Source of the DNA: Octopus sinensis
Lineage: Eukaryota
Direction of reading: 5' to 3'
DNA length: 64,000 bases
NCBI RefSeq assembly: GCF_006345805.1
Contig: NC_043003.1
Location: 40,114,001-40,178,000, forward strand
Of the stretch, positions 50,680 through 62,193 are shown piece by piece; the first letter of the stretch is position 1, and each line of letters begins with the position of its first letter. Both the position numbers and the translations under genes were made by a program. The notes beneath the pieces are model-generated. The model did no database searches and was not told the origin of the DNA. It was given only the letters and a program-made list of their open reading frames with translations.

Positions 50680-53600
50680 ATTCCCAAAATTGAATTCTCA
50701 CTTTGAGATAATGTGAGATAAAGTCTTTCTCGCCTCTATTCAAGTAAAAAATACTGTGAAATTTTTGAGACTTTTTTTCTTTCAATGTTTGAGAAGTGTA
50801 TATCTTAGTTTTTAATATGGCAGCAAGCAGCAATTCTGAATTTGGAGATTTTACTTTCAATGATGTACAAAATATAAACAAAAACAAAAGTGATTTGTCT
50901 TTGGAGGAAACTGATATTGATATTTATGAATCTTCATCAGACAAGGAAGATTTTGATAATGAAAGTGATGAAACTGATATTGAAAACATTATGGCAACAT
51001 GGTTGAAGATTACTACACCAACCACAATTCCTGATTTCACAGTAAAAACTAGTCCACAACAGTCCAGTGGTTGTACATTGGGAGGTCAGACATTTATTTT
51101 TTACTTTTACCAAAAAGTGTTTTGGAAACTGTCGTGGAGGAAACAAATAAATATGCTCAATGCATAATTTCTATTCGTGGAAGACCTGATCCACTATGGC
51201 AACCAACTGATACTGTGGAAATGCAAGCTTTTTTTTTTTTAATCATAAGCATTTAGTATCAAGCAGCTTCTTCAACTGTGGAGCTATTGGAATCCTGATA
51301 TAAGGTACGGTGATCCATATATCTCCAGCATTATGTCTAACTATAGTTAATTCATATATTGTTTATGTAAAAAGCCACAAGGTACCCCCACCATCAAAGG
51401 ACTACAACCATTGGAAATTTCGGGTTGACATCGCATCTCAGTTACATGAGGGCTTTTCTTCCAGAAAGAACAGAACAATGAGAAAAGCAAAATTACCTGA
51501 GGTGGATGTCAACAGAAAAAATATTGACCTCCATAAACTGGAAAAAATAAATGTAAGGGAAAAAGTTTGCAGACTGTCCACTGCAAAAGGATATCAGGTT
51601 GAGATCTCAAATATGAGTTCGTTTTGCAAAATGCCCTTGTGTAAAGGGTGCTTTGGACAGTTTCACAATAGAAATATAGTCTAACTATATTTTGTTGTTT
51701 GATACTAATACTATGATATATTCCTTTCATTTTATTACAAATATTATATGAAAGTGAGAAATACATATTAATTTTCAGTATGTTACACACCTTGCTCGAC
51801 AACTTCACGCAACACACCCTTCTATTTGCCGACGATGTCAAACTGGTCGCTCCCTCCACCAAATTTGGAGGTGGTCTAACGAATGGGACCTGTGTCTGAA
51901 CGTGTCAAAGTGCTGTCATCTGCCTGTTGGCTCTCTTCCTGCAACTCAACTTGATTTTGAGCCGGGTCGTCTGCTGCTGGAGAGGACCGATCAGGTAAAG
52001 GACCTGGGTATCTTGGTGGATTCCTCCTTTTCGCCTTCGGCCCAGTGCGTCCATGCTGCCAACAAAGCATGCGGAATTCTGTTCTTGATTCGATGTCATT
52101 CGGAATGCTCACAGCAGCCATATTCCTACTGCTCTATGTCACGCTGGTGACACCCTTATTGGAGTACGGGATTCAAGCCTCTTCTCCTTATCTCCTCAAA
52201 GACATACAGCATCTCGAGAGAGTCCAGAAGCTGGCTACCCACATGGTTCATGGTCTCAAGAATTTGTCTGATGAAGAAAGGCTGAAGACGTTCAACCTTT
52301 ATTCTCTAGAAAAACGTCGCCGCCGTGGTGATCTCATTCTCGCTAACAACATCATAAGCGGAAAGTGTAACCTCTCGAAAGAGCTGTTCTTCACTCCTGC
52401 TCCAGAGCGTCAGCTGCGGGGTCATTCCGAAAAGCTCTATCTGCGACGATTTCAGCTCAATTGAAGGAGAGGGGCTTTCTCCGTCCGGGTTGTGGATCCG
52501 TGGAACAAGCTGCCAGACGAGATGGTGAAGATGCCGACGACCGCTTTGTTCAAAGTCTCCCTTGACCTCAAGTGGCCTGAACTCTTTACATGAACACCAC
52601 CCTGTACATAACTCCATGTCCCCCTACATGGCCTTGCTTTTTGCTTTTTGAGCCAAAAATTAACTAACTAACTGTATTCACCCTTGTTTCACTGTTAATG
52701 AACTTTGTTTATTAAATGCATTCTGTTATGTAAATGTATTCATTAAATTGTATAAGAGTACATAGCCAATGATATATTGATTAGTAAAAGAGTTCTGTAC
52801 TTATTTTCAGTGAAAATGTTTGAATGAAATATAAAGAAAGATTAAAATCTTGTACCGATTATATCTGTATTTTAATTAATGTACCTCATCTTAAAAAGTG
52901 GTAAAATTGTTGGTAATTGATATCTGGGATAATTTTAGTAACAAATCAAACAGTTAAGATGCATTAGAAATTTCAATGTTAGTGTTTATTCATAATGTTA
53001 CTGTTCTTACATCTGTTAATTAAATTTACCTGCCCATAAAAGTCAAATTTAATCAGAAAGATCAGCTGAAATTACATAACTATAAACCACTGGCATATAA
53101 GCATCCACTGACAAAATTTCAAATCTGTATGTAAACCTGCATAATTCAAAATAACATGAATAAATATTACAGATTAATTTGAACACTAAAGGGTTAATGT
53201 TTATTTATTTTATGCTTGCTTGGGTGAGATAGGGTCAGGAGCAGAGATTTTATGGTTGGATGAAATTCTTGTTGATTCCACCTGTGTTTCCAAGTGAAGT
53301 ATTAATATCCCAGCCTAATGAACAACACCCTGGAGACACTGCACCAACTGAATGAGCTTTTTGTTTACAAAGATCGTGCAATATATCAAGAAGCCTGGAA
53401 ATGCTTCAGTGATGGACTGCAAGTAAAAAACACTGTTTACAAACCAGAGTGTGATGGAAATATGGACACACACTAACCCATTAGCATTCAAATTACTGTC
53501 AAATTCAATACTTATTCCATTCACATTGTTTTGAAGTAATCATGCATTAATGCATTATCTTGTTGGTTTGAGATTCTGAAGATGTGATTGCTTATGATTT

Positions 53601-56600
53601 GAATGATATTGTCAGATGGGTGAGAGAATAGATCTGGCCGGTTTAAATACTTCGTACAGTTTCTATTAGCCAAATTTACTGACAAGGCTCCATAACCCAG
53701 GGCTACAGAAGAAAATACTTGCTTGATATACATCATGGGATTGAACCTGAAACCACACACACACACACAAGTGCTGTCACAACTGCAACAGGCACAGGCT
53801 GTGTGGTTGAGAAGTTAGCTTCCAAACCACGTAGTTCCAGGTTCAATCTCACTACCTGGCACCTTGGGAAAATCTCATCTGCTTATAGACAAGGGATGAT
53901 TGGCATAAAGAAAATGAAAGACTGTCACATGTGTGTGTGTTTGCATCTGCAATTCCTTGTATGACAGGGTGATGAGCGGTAGTGCTGTCAGCCTCTACCA
54001 TCAATGAATTGCCAGGCATTTTGTGCTTCAGAAGCTGAGTGGAATAAACGATCCCTTATCCGAAAAACATGTAAGGGTCAGGAAGCACATGCAGCAGGAA
54101 AAACAATGCCTGAAATAACTTTTGTTCAACTCATGCAAGCATGGAAAACAGATGTAAAGCAACTAACAATTTACACCCGTTTATTTCAATAGTCTGTTTT
54201 TTTTTTATGGCATGTTTGAGCATCTGCACCTAAAGAATTCTCCAAGGGGTTTCCAAATGGACTCAGAAGCACACAAGTACCAGATGGTGTGTTAATCTGT
54301 GCAAGGGATAAGGTCTACCCCACCAGAACAGGAACAATTCATCAAAAGGTCTTACAGGTGGTTTCCTTCTAAATTTCATTCACAAGTCTTTGGTTGACCT
54401 AAGGTTATAGTGTGGAAGATGCTTACTCAAGACATTGTGTAGTGAGAATAGAGTCAAGACTAGATAAATGTAAAGCAAACTTTTTAAAAACACAACAATG
54501 CCTGCAACCTGTATTTATACACAGACACAAAAACATTGATCATGGTAAGAATTAATGAGCTATGAAGAATGTTATATTGTGTAATCAGTCAGAGTAGTTC
54601 TGGTTACAGAAAATCTATAGATTCCTAGACAACTATACAGTAACATCGTAAAGAAATTAAGGTTTTCTTGTTCACAGAAAGCAGTGTTATCGACCATATA
54701 GTCAAACACCGATTGCCCCATCTCCCACAAATTAACTTTATCCAAGTAAGATACAATAGAAACACTTGTACAGTACCCCTAGTTTGTTCTAGCAGCAATA
54801 GAATAAAACAAGAAACTTACTTGATGAAGTCTGAAAACAGGTTAACTTGCAACATATGCTGCTTGTCCATCTTGTGGTTGTTTGCCAGTTTCACAGCCTC
54901 AAGTGCATGCTCAGGGCAAGTGTATTCAAGAAACACATAGCTGAAATAAAAAGCGATAAATAATAAGTAAATACACAAAGAAAATGTACAAAAATGATGT
55001 CACTGCTATAAAACTGCTTCACCAATTACTCTTGCACTCATTAAATATTTTAGTGCCAGCTATCACACTCCCACTACAGTTATTAAATTACACAACTCTC
55101 CCTCTCTCACTGCTATACCCTGAAGGTTAATTTTCTTTAAAAAAAAAAATAAAAAAAAAAAAAAGGAGTGATTTCCCATTGCTTTCTGGTGGCTTATTAA
55201 CTGTTTAGCTAATCTCCTGTTCTCTGAAGCTTAGGGCCTATCTAACACTTAGACAAGGGGGAACCGGTTTCAACATAAAACAGACAAGAAGATTTAGGCT
55301 GGAAATGGCTGGTTTAAATGCTAAAGGGTTAACCTCCAGAATATAAAAACAGGTTTAACCAGTCAAAAGAACACATCAATCAACAGCCATCATAATATAA
55401 TTGCACACAGTACCAAAGTAACTCTAACCAGTCAATAGTTGTTCTATATATGACTGAAGCATACATGTCCAGGATATAAGGAGATACTGCTAAACACAAT
55501 CACACTATGACATTCTAAGAGGCAGATATGAATTAAAAAAATCTTTATATATAAAAGAGAGGTTGTGTGTCTGTCTCCTACGATTTAGATTCCTAACTAC
55601 TCCCACATTTTGCGGTACAGTTTAACCAAAACCGGGTATCTTATAGTCGTGATTCATATCGAGCCCAGCGTGCGTCTACGATGAGTCTACGATTTAAAAA
55701 AAAATTTACCATCATTTTTTTCCCATTTTAATGCATTTTTTCGCTATTATATAAGGGAAGTAACTCTCTAAAAATGTCTATGATGAGTCAACGATTTAAA
55801 AAAAAATTTACCATCATTTCCCCCCATTTTTTTGGCTAACTCTCTAAAAATGCTTATATAGTTATTTCCCTTACAAATCCGAGCAACGCTGGGCGATACT
55901 GCTAGTATATAATAAAATAAAAAAGTAAATACCAATAGTTGTATAAAACACAGATGGCTTTGCAAAAATTATTGCAACAAATGGCCAAAGAATGAATAGA
56001 AAGATATGGACATTTTGACAAATTTAGCAGTTATCTATCAATCTTAGAAGGGTGGAGGCTAGTCTTGGCAGGAAAATTATGAAAGCATTAACGATTACAC
56101 CACATCATAAATTGCTGCTTTATAGACTACAGTGTTATAAGATTAACTGACAAAAGCAAAACAGTTTATATAGCTATAAACAGCAAGACTTGAGTATTTT
56201 ATCTGTAGAGAAATCAAAGACAACTGTGCTGTTTCAACACCTGCAATAAACCAACTATCCAAAAATAACAATGTTAGAGACACAAAGCCTAAAATGTTGG
56301 CAGCAACATAAACGGATCGTTGGTTTGTTAAGAACTTGCAGTCACACTGTAGCAGTAGGCACTTGTGAAACATTGTTGTTTTAGTACCAGGCCATGACCA
56401 AAGATATTCATGACAATGGCAACTCTTTTATATTCAGACAAAATGTAACTACTATTGAATCTCTCCTTCCTTCCTTCCTTTTTCTTTTTTTATTATAATA
56501 GTAGATTATGATTTGGGTCCTATTTCTAGCATGTTAAGGCCACTACATAAAGGCTCACTTTAGCAAATAAGTAGTTCATATTTGACCCAAGTAAGTTCCT

Positions 56601-57188
56601 GATTGAGCAATCAAGACGTTTTCTAGCTGCAACCATTGTCTTTTCAGCTGCCACAAAATTCCTTTATCCAAGGGCAAATATCAATTTTTGCTCAGACAGC
56701 AGCAAGCAAAGATGTAGAATGCCAACATTTGGACTAATACATACACACAAGCTTCAAGACATTTTCAACCTACATGTTTTACACACAACTTGGTCAGCTT
56801 GAAGATGAAGATACTCGTCCGGGGTGTCACAGAGACGAAATTCAAAACAATGCGATTACAAAGAAAAATCCATACAAACACACGAGAAAACTGTATAGCC
56901 ATCTAAAATGAAGGGACAGTGAATGGATAGAAAGATGTGAAGGAAACAAAACCAAAGACTATATGAATCTGTAACTGGCAACATTTAATACTCACCCCTT
57001 GTTTTCGCCATTTTCCATTGGATAATGTTCGGTTCTGATCTTGCCAAAGCGTTGGAAAACCTTTCTGATAACATTCTGTAGTTTCTCAAACTTCTCAGGG
57101 CCGACAATTGGAACATTGTCAACAACAACAACAGAATCAAAGCCATCATATTCTGTTGGTTTTTCCTTCAGCAGGTCTCCAATTAGTT
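33033..57188 (-). CDS. EIF3B: Eukaryotic translation initiation factor 3 subunit B, spliced CDS (16 exons in window; first coding exon missing)
   Basis: 16 GT-AG exons join in frame without stops (1970 nt). Peptides match eIF3b: [19 protein letters not shown] (RRM), [47 protein letters not shown]. Confidence 0.97.
33406..33514 (-). CDS. EIF3B: eIF3B exon [36 protein letters not shown]
   Basis: tgtag| and |gtaag; 109 nt; phase 0 to 1. Confidence 0.93.
34201..34404 (-). CDS. EIF3B: eIF3B exon [15 protein letters not shown]...MSQTKASK
   Basis: ttcag| and |gtttg; 204 nt; within ORF 33790-34422. Confidence 0.95.
34592..34730 (-). CDS. EIF3B: eIF3B exon [16 protein letters not shown]...VSWWGHK
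   Basis: tacag| and |gtaag; 139 nt. Confidence 0.95.
35851..36234 (-). mobile_element. Family A SINE, full length, intronic
   Basis: Same as 31172-31570. Confidence 0.88.
36643..36721 (-). CDS. EIF3B: eIF3B exon (K)[25 protein letters not shown](S)
   Basis: catag| and |gttag; 79 nt; not in the ORF track but matches the eIF3b motif FWSPxGQFxVLAGLR. Confidence 0.93.
37425..38091 (-). mobile_element. Head-to-tail array of three family C SINEs, intronic
   Basis: Three ggcacaagg...gaactcagaa units; the best-preserved copy is 37866-38091, flanked by (aat)n. Confidence 0.75.
38132..38254 (-). CDS. EIF3B: eIF3B exon (E)[40 protein letters not shown]
   Basis: ttcag| and |gtgag; 123 nt. Confidence 0.95.
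39257..39419. mobile_element. Tc1/mariner-pogo (Tc2-like) MITE
   Basis: Perfect inverted termini ccatattttaatgtgtat / atacacattaaaatatgg flanked by TA. Confidence 0.8.
39551..39623 (-). CDS. EIF3B: eIF3B exon [24 protein letters not shown]
   Basis: tccag| and |gtacc; 73 nt. Confidence 0.93.
39750..40270 (-). mobile_element. RTE LINE 3' UTR and tail fragment
   Basis: Reverse complement of about 19600-20310 (caagacaaaaatcttttgagaggggaggtgatcttgtgtc) with an (atc)n tail. Confidence 0.75.
40312..40552 (-). CDS. EIF3B: eIF3B exon [17 protein letters not shown]...KDQYKYR
   Basis: tttag| and |gtaag; 241 nt. Confidence 0.96.
40635..40917 (+). mobile_element. Family B retroposon, intronic, antisense to eIF3B
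   Basis: Family B body and (gat)n tail. Confidence 0.88.
41346..41639 (-). mobile_element. Family B retroposon, intronic, sense to eIF3B
   Basis: Reverse complement of 40635-40917. Confidence 0.88.
41895..42270 (+). mobile_element. Family A tRNA-derived SINE, full length
   Basis: ggagtggctgtgtagtaag (A box), gggttcagtccc (B box), internal (TA)n, ends gaaacaagtaaaagaa. Confidence 0.9.
42388..42434 (-). CDS. EIF3B: eIF3B exon [15 protein letters not shown](K)
   Basis: ttcag| and |gtaag; 47 nt. Confidence 0.93.
42803..42980. mobile_element. Short Helentron/DINE-1-like non-autonomous element
   Basis: Core tgccaaatttggtgaaaatccgctcagccgttt and terminal stem-loop taccct...agggtaataa. Confidence 0.45.
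43272..43338 (-). CDS. EIF3B: eIF3B exon [22 protein letters not shown]
   Basis: ttcag| and |gtaag; 67 nt. Confidence 0.93.
43871..44092. mobile_element. TTAA-type MITE, uninterrupted copy
   Basis: ttaactatttagcattcagattactc...ggtttaaaagctaaagg. Confidence 0.6.
44505..44803 (+). mobile_element. RTE-related 3' tail fragment with duplicated ggcatccagctgtaaaa block
   Basis: Parallels 20000-20310 and ends ttaaacgatgatgatg. Confidence 0.7.
44932..46353 (+). mobile_element. Internally deleted piggyBac element
   Basis: TTAA target duplications at 44928-44931 and 46354-46357; TIRs ccctttcgtt / aacgaaaggg; transposase remnants [18 protein letters not shown] and [21 protein letters not shown]. Confidence 0.85.
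46639..46770 (-). CDS. EIF3B: eIF3B exon [43 protein letters not shown]
   Basis: tttag| and |gtaag; 132 nt. Confidence 0.94.
48000..48157 (-). CDS. EIF3B: eIF3B exon [29 protein letters not shown]...IDFSPCE(R)
   Basis: tacag| and |gtaag; 158 nt. Confidence 0.96.
48802..48933 (-). CDS. EIF3B: eIF3B exon [20 protein letters not shown]...AEERS
   Basis: tgcag| and |gtaag; 132 nt. Confidence 0.94.
50232..50289 (-). CDS. EIF3B: eIF3B exon [19 protein letters not shown]
   Basis: tctag| and |gtaag; 58 nt. Confidence 0.93.
50535..53193 (+). mobile_element. Internally deleted piggyBac-like element carrying a nested LINE
   Basis: Imperfect TIRs cccttcactgttcaaa / tttgaacactaaaggg with TTAA on the right. 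Acidic N-terminus, [10 protein letters not shown]...W..T...EM.AF and C-terminal IVNSYIVY...FR..IA..L...CxxPLCxxCFxxFH remnants at 50796-51684. Confidence 0.75.
51792..52673 (+). mobile_element. 5'-truncated CR1-clade LINE
   Basis: LLFADDVKL at about 51820, then [13 protein letters not shown]...LERVQKLAT...[14 protein letters not shown]; (taac)n tail at 52660-52673; CpG-rich, suggesting a young copy. Confidence 0.9.
54821..54940 (-). CDS. EIF3B: eIF3B exon (G)[39 protein letters not shown](K), RRM RNP1 region
   Basis: ttcag| and |gtaag; 120 nt. Confidence 0.95.
55542..55905 (+). mobile_element. Non-autonomous Helitron
   Basis: Inserted between A and T; 5' TCtttatatataaaa; subterminal hairpin ccgagcaacgctggg; 3' CTAG; internal duplication tctacgatgagtc..cgatttaaaaaaaaatttaccatc. 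Confidence 0.8.
56996..57188 (-). CDS. EIF3B: eIF3B exon (E)[29 protein letters not shown]...MENGENK(G), RRM start
   Basis: ctcag| and |gtgag; 193 nt; begins in phase 1, so an upstream coding exon is required. Confidence 0.95.
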
Positions 57189-58254
57189 CTGAGATAAGAA
57201 TAAAAAAAAAAAAAACACATTTAGATGAATGAAAAAAAATTTTAAGACCCAATAATATTTTATCTAAATTAGTTTTAGCTGCTATACTAAATCAGTACAG
57301 GTAGAAATCAATAAATGCATTGAACTTGTCAAAATTCTTGATGCTGATATACTTTTAAAAAGAGCTGCTGGTTCCAGGATTAATTTCATTTTATATAACA
57401 TGGACATGTGATTACAAATTTCACTTCAGAATGCCATTGAATGGCACTTTAAGCAAGGCTCTTCTGCTGTGGCTTTTGATAAACCAATGCGTCACATAGA
57501 ACTTGGTAGACAAAAACTGCAAAAGCCTGTTCATTATCGTCATTTTAATGCAATGTTTCTCAAACTTTTTTGTCCCACAATGCACAGCTATTAACAAAAA
57601 AAAAAAAAAAAAGACAGCACACATATATTTATTAGAAGCTTTAACAAAAACTTTATCTCAAGTTGTATTCACTTGTTACTTACACCCTATTCTGAAGTAA
57701 CCTACACTACACCAAAATATTGCAAAGCCCCACCCAGTTTGAGGAATACTTTATTTTAACAACGTTTTTCATGCGGGCACAAGTTGGACTATACTTTTTG
57801 ATACAATATCTTCCTGACACCAATCCTTACTTGTTTTTCAATTAAGAGATTTTTTTTATTCCACTGGTCATCACAGGTTAAACTATATTGTTTACTGGAG
57901 AATATTTGCAAACACACTATGGGCTTCTGTATAGTTTCAATTTACAGTTTCACTCCTAAGTTTATTGGTTATCTTGAGCCTAAAGAAGACACTTAGCCAT
58001 GATACTAGGACTTGGAATAGGCCAAGTGGTTACAAAGTGAATTTCATTACCACACAGCTATGCCTGTACCTGTGTGCATATGCCCTAATTATGTGTAACC
58101 AATGTTTTAGATTAAATAGGTTGTACCTGTACATATAATGGTTGGCATCAGCCATAAAACACTGCTTCCAAAAAGGCATAGTGGTTGAGTTCCTTTTGAG
58201 CATCGGGCCTCAGAGGCGAGGTGGCTGAGTTCCTTTCGAGTGCCTCATGGAAGC

Positions 58255-58528
58255 AATGACCAAGACCTTTGGCATTATGTTGTGCTTAAGAAGACTTATC
58301 AAGCTGAACAAAATCGCAGTTGTGGCAGATACTGGTGTCATGCAAATGGTACCTGTAATGGTGGCATGTAAAAGAACTCATTACACTCTCAGAGTGGTTG
58401 GCATTAGGAAGGGCATCCAACCATAGAATACCAAATCAGACTGCAGCCTGTTGCAGCCTTTCAGGATGTCAGTCCAGTCAAACTGTCCAACCCATGCCAG
58501 CATGGCAACAGACGTATGATGATGATGA
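58255..58528 (+). mobile_element. Older family B-related GAT-tailed retroposon
   Basis: ggtggcatgtaaaag...gagtggttggcattaggaagggcatcc...cccatgccagcatgg...tgatgatg. Confidence 0.65.
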
Positions 58529-61500
58529 ATTACTGACAAAGAACTGTCTTGAGCAGCTGTTCTAGGAAGCTGATGGTAACAGTTCTGCTTGAAATGAAAC
58601 AATAAAACAGTGATTACAGAGTAAGATGTCAAGAGATGTGATTTACTGAACACCAGCTTGCAAGAGGGAAGGCTAAATGCTTAAAGTGAATCTGGTGCAG
58701 ATCAATCAACACTAGTTGAGCTGATTGGGAGGAGATTGACCTAAGACAAGATTTAACTTATTTATAAGGAGTGAGAAAATGGAGGTTATTAGCTATGGTC
58801 ATTTTGAAGATATACTTGTGTCAAACAAGAGATAAAGAGGATTAAAAAACAAGTCAGTAAAGAAACCTCTACATCATTGGAGAGCTACGAGAAATAACTC
58901 TCAACAAACTATATTCTACTACCTATCTTCCAAAAGGACAGATAATGGTAAACACACTATAAAAGATAGAACGGTCAGAGAATGTCTGATCAAAAAACAG
59001 TTGAGAATCATCATCCTAGGCACTTTATATCTTAGGAAGAAAAAGTTCTCAACTGGAATGTCAGATTGTGACATTCCTTTGACATTAAGGGCATCCAGTT
59101 ACAAAAACCATGCCAAAGCTGATGTGAGAGATTAATGCAACCATGAGGTTCATTGGTTTCTCTCAAACTGTCCAACTCATACCAGCATGGAAAATTGACA
59201 TTAAATAAAAATGATGATTCTGTTCTAAAGGACCTTTGTTTTGACACACAAAAAAAGCCACTTGCAAACAAGTGAGACCTGGGAGCAGGTATCATGCTTT
59301 CACTAATAATTTTAGATGCCTATTTAGTAGTGAGCAGACATAGGTCCAACCTATGACCCAGCAGAACATTGAAGGGGAGAAGGCTGCACCAGATTAGAGC
59401 AACATGAAATGAAATGCCTTGCTCAAAGGTACAAGACACCACCTAATCATGAAATTGAACCTACAACCTAATGACTGTGAGCCTTAATACCTTAACTACT
59501 CAACCACACAAAAAACCTTCAAAGACTGTAGTGAACAAATTAAAAAAACTAGTCAACCTAGATTGGCAAAAACCTAAACACAGATTTGAATAAAAGTAAT
59601 TTACTGTTGTCAATGAACCCAAAATTGGAAGCTCTGTTCAGACAGATCTATCTTGAAAGATGTTCCAGTTATGGCCATTCTATCTTATTTCCAGGCAGTT
59701 TAACCAAAATTTGCACTATCCACCGAGTCGCACCTCTTCAAGATGGCTGGGTGTGGTGTTTGAGGATAATTTGGATGCTATTTCGAGCAAGCCCAGCAAC
59801 CACTTAGGGAATGAGGAAGAATAAGAAATAAGTGAATGTGAGCTTGAATAAACTTACATGGAATGGACAAACAGAAGATATAGTGAGGTGTTTATAGGGG
59901 TAGCTGCTTGGTTGATATGTTGCAACCATAGCATTATATTACTCTGGTAGTAAAGCTGAGATTACATCTATCATAAAATTATTAAATTCTTAAACTAAAC
60001 AATAATGGCTAACTGCTTCCCTCTGCTCACAAAGAAAGAAAGAAAAATCCCAAGCTAGTGCTTACATCCAATTTCATGGAAATATGCCATCTCAGGTAAT
60101 GATGATCTAGTACATATTTCTCTCAACAGTGTTTCCCAAGGTGTGTATGTGTGTGTGTGTGGTACATGACCTACTTGTAGGACATGGGAATATTTTGGTG
60201 GGGTGTAGGACTGCAGAATAAGGTGAAAAGTGACATGCATATAATACTTGCAATAAATTCATAAATAAAACTTATTTTTAATTGATATATTTGTTTCACA
60301 AAAAAAAAAAATGAAACTTTGTCTCATGATGAGTTCCAAAACGATGTGAAACTACTTATGATCAAACTTTCAGCTTTAGTTTAAAAAGAAGAAAAAAACC
60401 CAACAAAAAACGCCATATATTCTACATGTACCAAGCACTCCTTTCTCATTTGTCTGACAAAGCAATGTGTGTATATGTATATATATATAAATATATAGAC
60501 ACACACACACACTGACTATTCATGGTGGGGTGCATCATTTTTGCAAAAATTGAAGAGAGACATAGAAACACTGATTGAAAAGCAATAAATACTGTCAGCT
60601 CACAACACAGTTTAGTTCCTTAATTTGTATTACATAATAGTCTTAGAAAAATGGTAAATTAGAAATAAAAAATAAAAAATATCCAGTTTGAAATGGCAGT
60701 GCCACTGAATAAAACTAAGGTTCCAGGATGACTATACCACCAGGTAATTGCCTCCTAAAAAAGTTTAAGTAGGCCAGAGCAGTGGGCCTGAAGAAAATGT
60801 TAAGGAGATGGGGAGTTGTCCTGGAATCCCTAAATAGTCGTTGGCACGAACAGCGAAGGCTAGATTAGAGGAGTCACTGAACAAGAAATGCAGGTGACAC
60901 AGATCAATCTATCTATACACGAAAATATATGTGAGTCTGAGGCATTAAACAAAAAAGTGGCACAGAATACATAATGAAACAAAGGCTGAAAAATATTTGC
61001 CAGAAATAACCAAAATCTACATTCTACCTTTAAAAAAAAAAAAAAAAAAGAAAAGAAAGAAAGAGAGAGATAGAGAAACAACAAAGCAATCACTAAATAT
61101 ACCACTGAACAAAGCAGAAGTATTTTCACACTGACATGACATGTTGAAATAATTGTCAGCCTAATGAAAACAAGTTAATTCACAAATAAACTCTATACAT
61201 ACAACTTGGTACTACAGAACAAAAGTAAAAGTTGAAGAGAGTAGTTTCAGCCAAGGACTGCCCCCCCCACACTCTCACCACTTATACACACAAAAGAATT
61301 CAGATACAACAACAAGAGAAAATTAACATATGGCACAAGTCAAATGAGATATCTATGCATCTCCACCAAAGGTGAAGAGATCTTTTTACTCCCCAGCACT
61401 CGAATTTGAAACGATTAGGTTTTAGACGTGAGGGGGGGGGGGGTAAAGAAAAAAAAAAAACAAACTAACTTTAGACCATAAGACAAAAAACAATTTAATA

Positions 61501-62161
61501 TAATTGCACATGTTTGAAAATATAATGAGTCGGTATTTTTCTCAATAACATATACAACACAAATTACACACTTTCAATGTTGAAAAGATTCCCTGTCACA
61601 GACCTACATGGTTGCTTGACATGCTAGAAATACCATTCAAATCTTCTTCAAAGCATACCTTGCTGTCTTAATGCATTAGACAATACAGTACCTGATAAGA
61701 CAGGGTGGCTTCGACTGGAATGCATTTGATGTTTGGTTTGTTTTTGACAAGAGGCTAAACAGTATAACATATGGCATATAACAAAATTAACATTTTGTTA
61801 CTGTTTCTGTTGAAATACACTATTTTTCTCAATGAAGAATTTAGTGAAATAACTTTTATCAGTATTTGGAACATAAATATTTTGATGGAAGGTTTTATAT
61901 CAGAACACTTGAATAAAGAAAAGTTTGTATTATGGAACCAGGAGTGGCCTGGCCTAAGTCAATCATAAGCAACAAATTAGGAGCAAAAGCCAAAAATTCA
62001 GCTACATAAGTTTGAACTGGACTGACCTTCAGATGGACAGGTAAACCAGAATTTATTTGTTACCAGACATATGGTTAGCCTTACAACATAACAGAACCTC
62101 AATAAAACTGTCTGCTCTGCTAGAAATAGCAGACTTATACATACATATCTGTGCATTTCTT

Positions 62162-62193
<32 letters not shown>

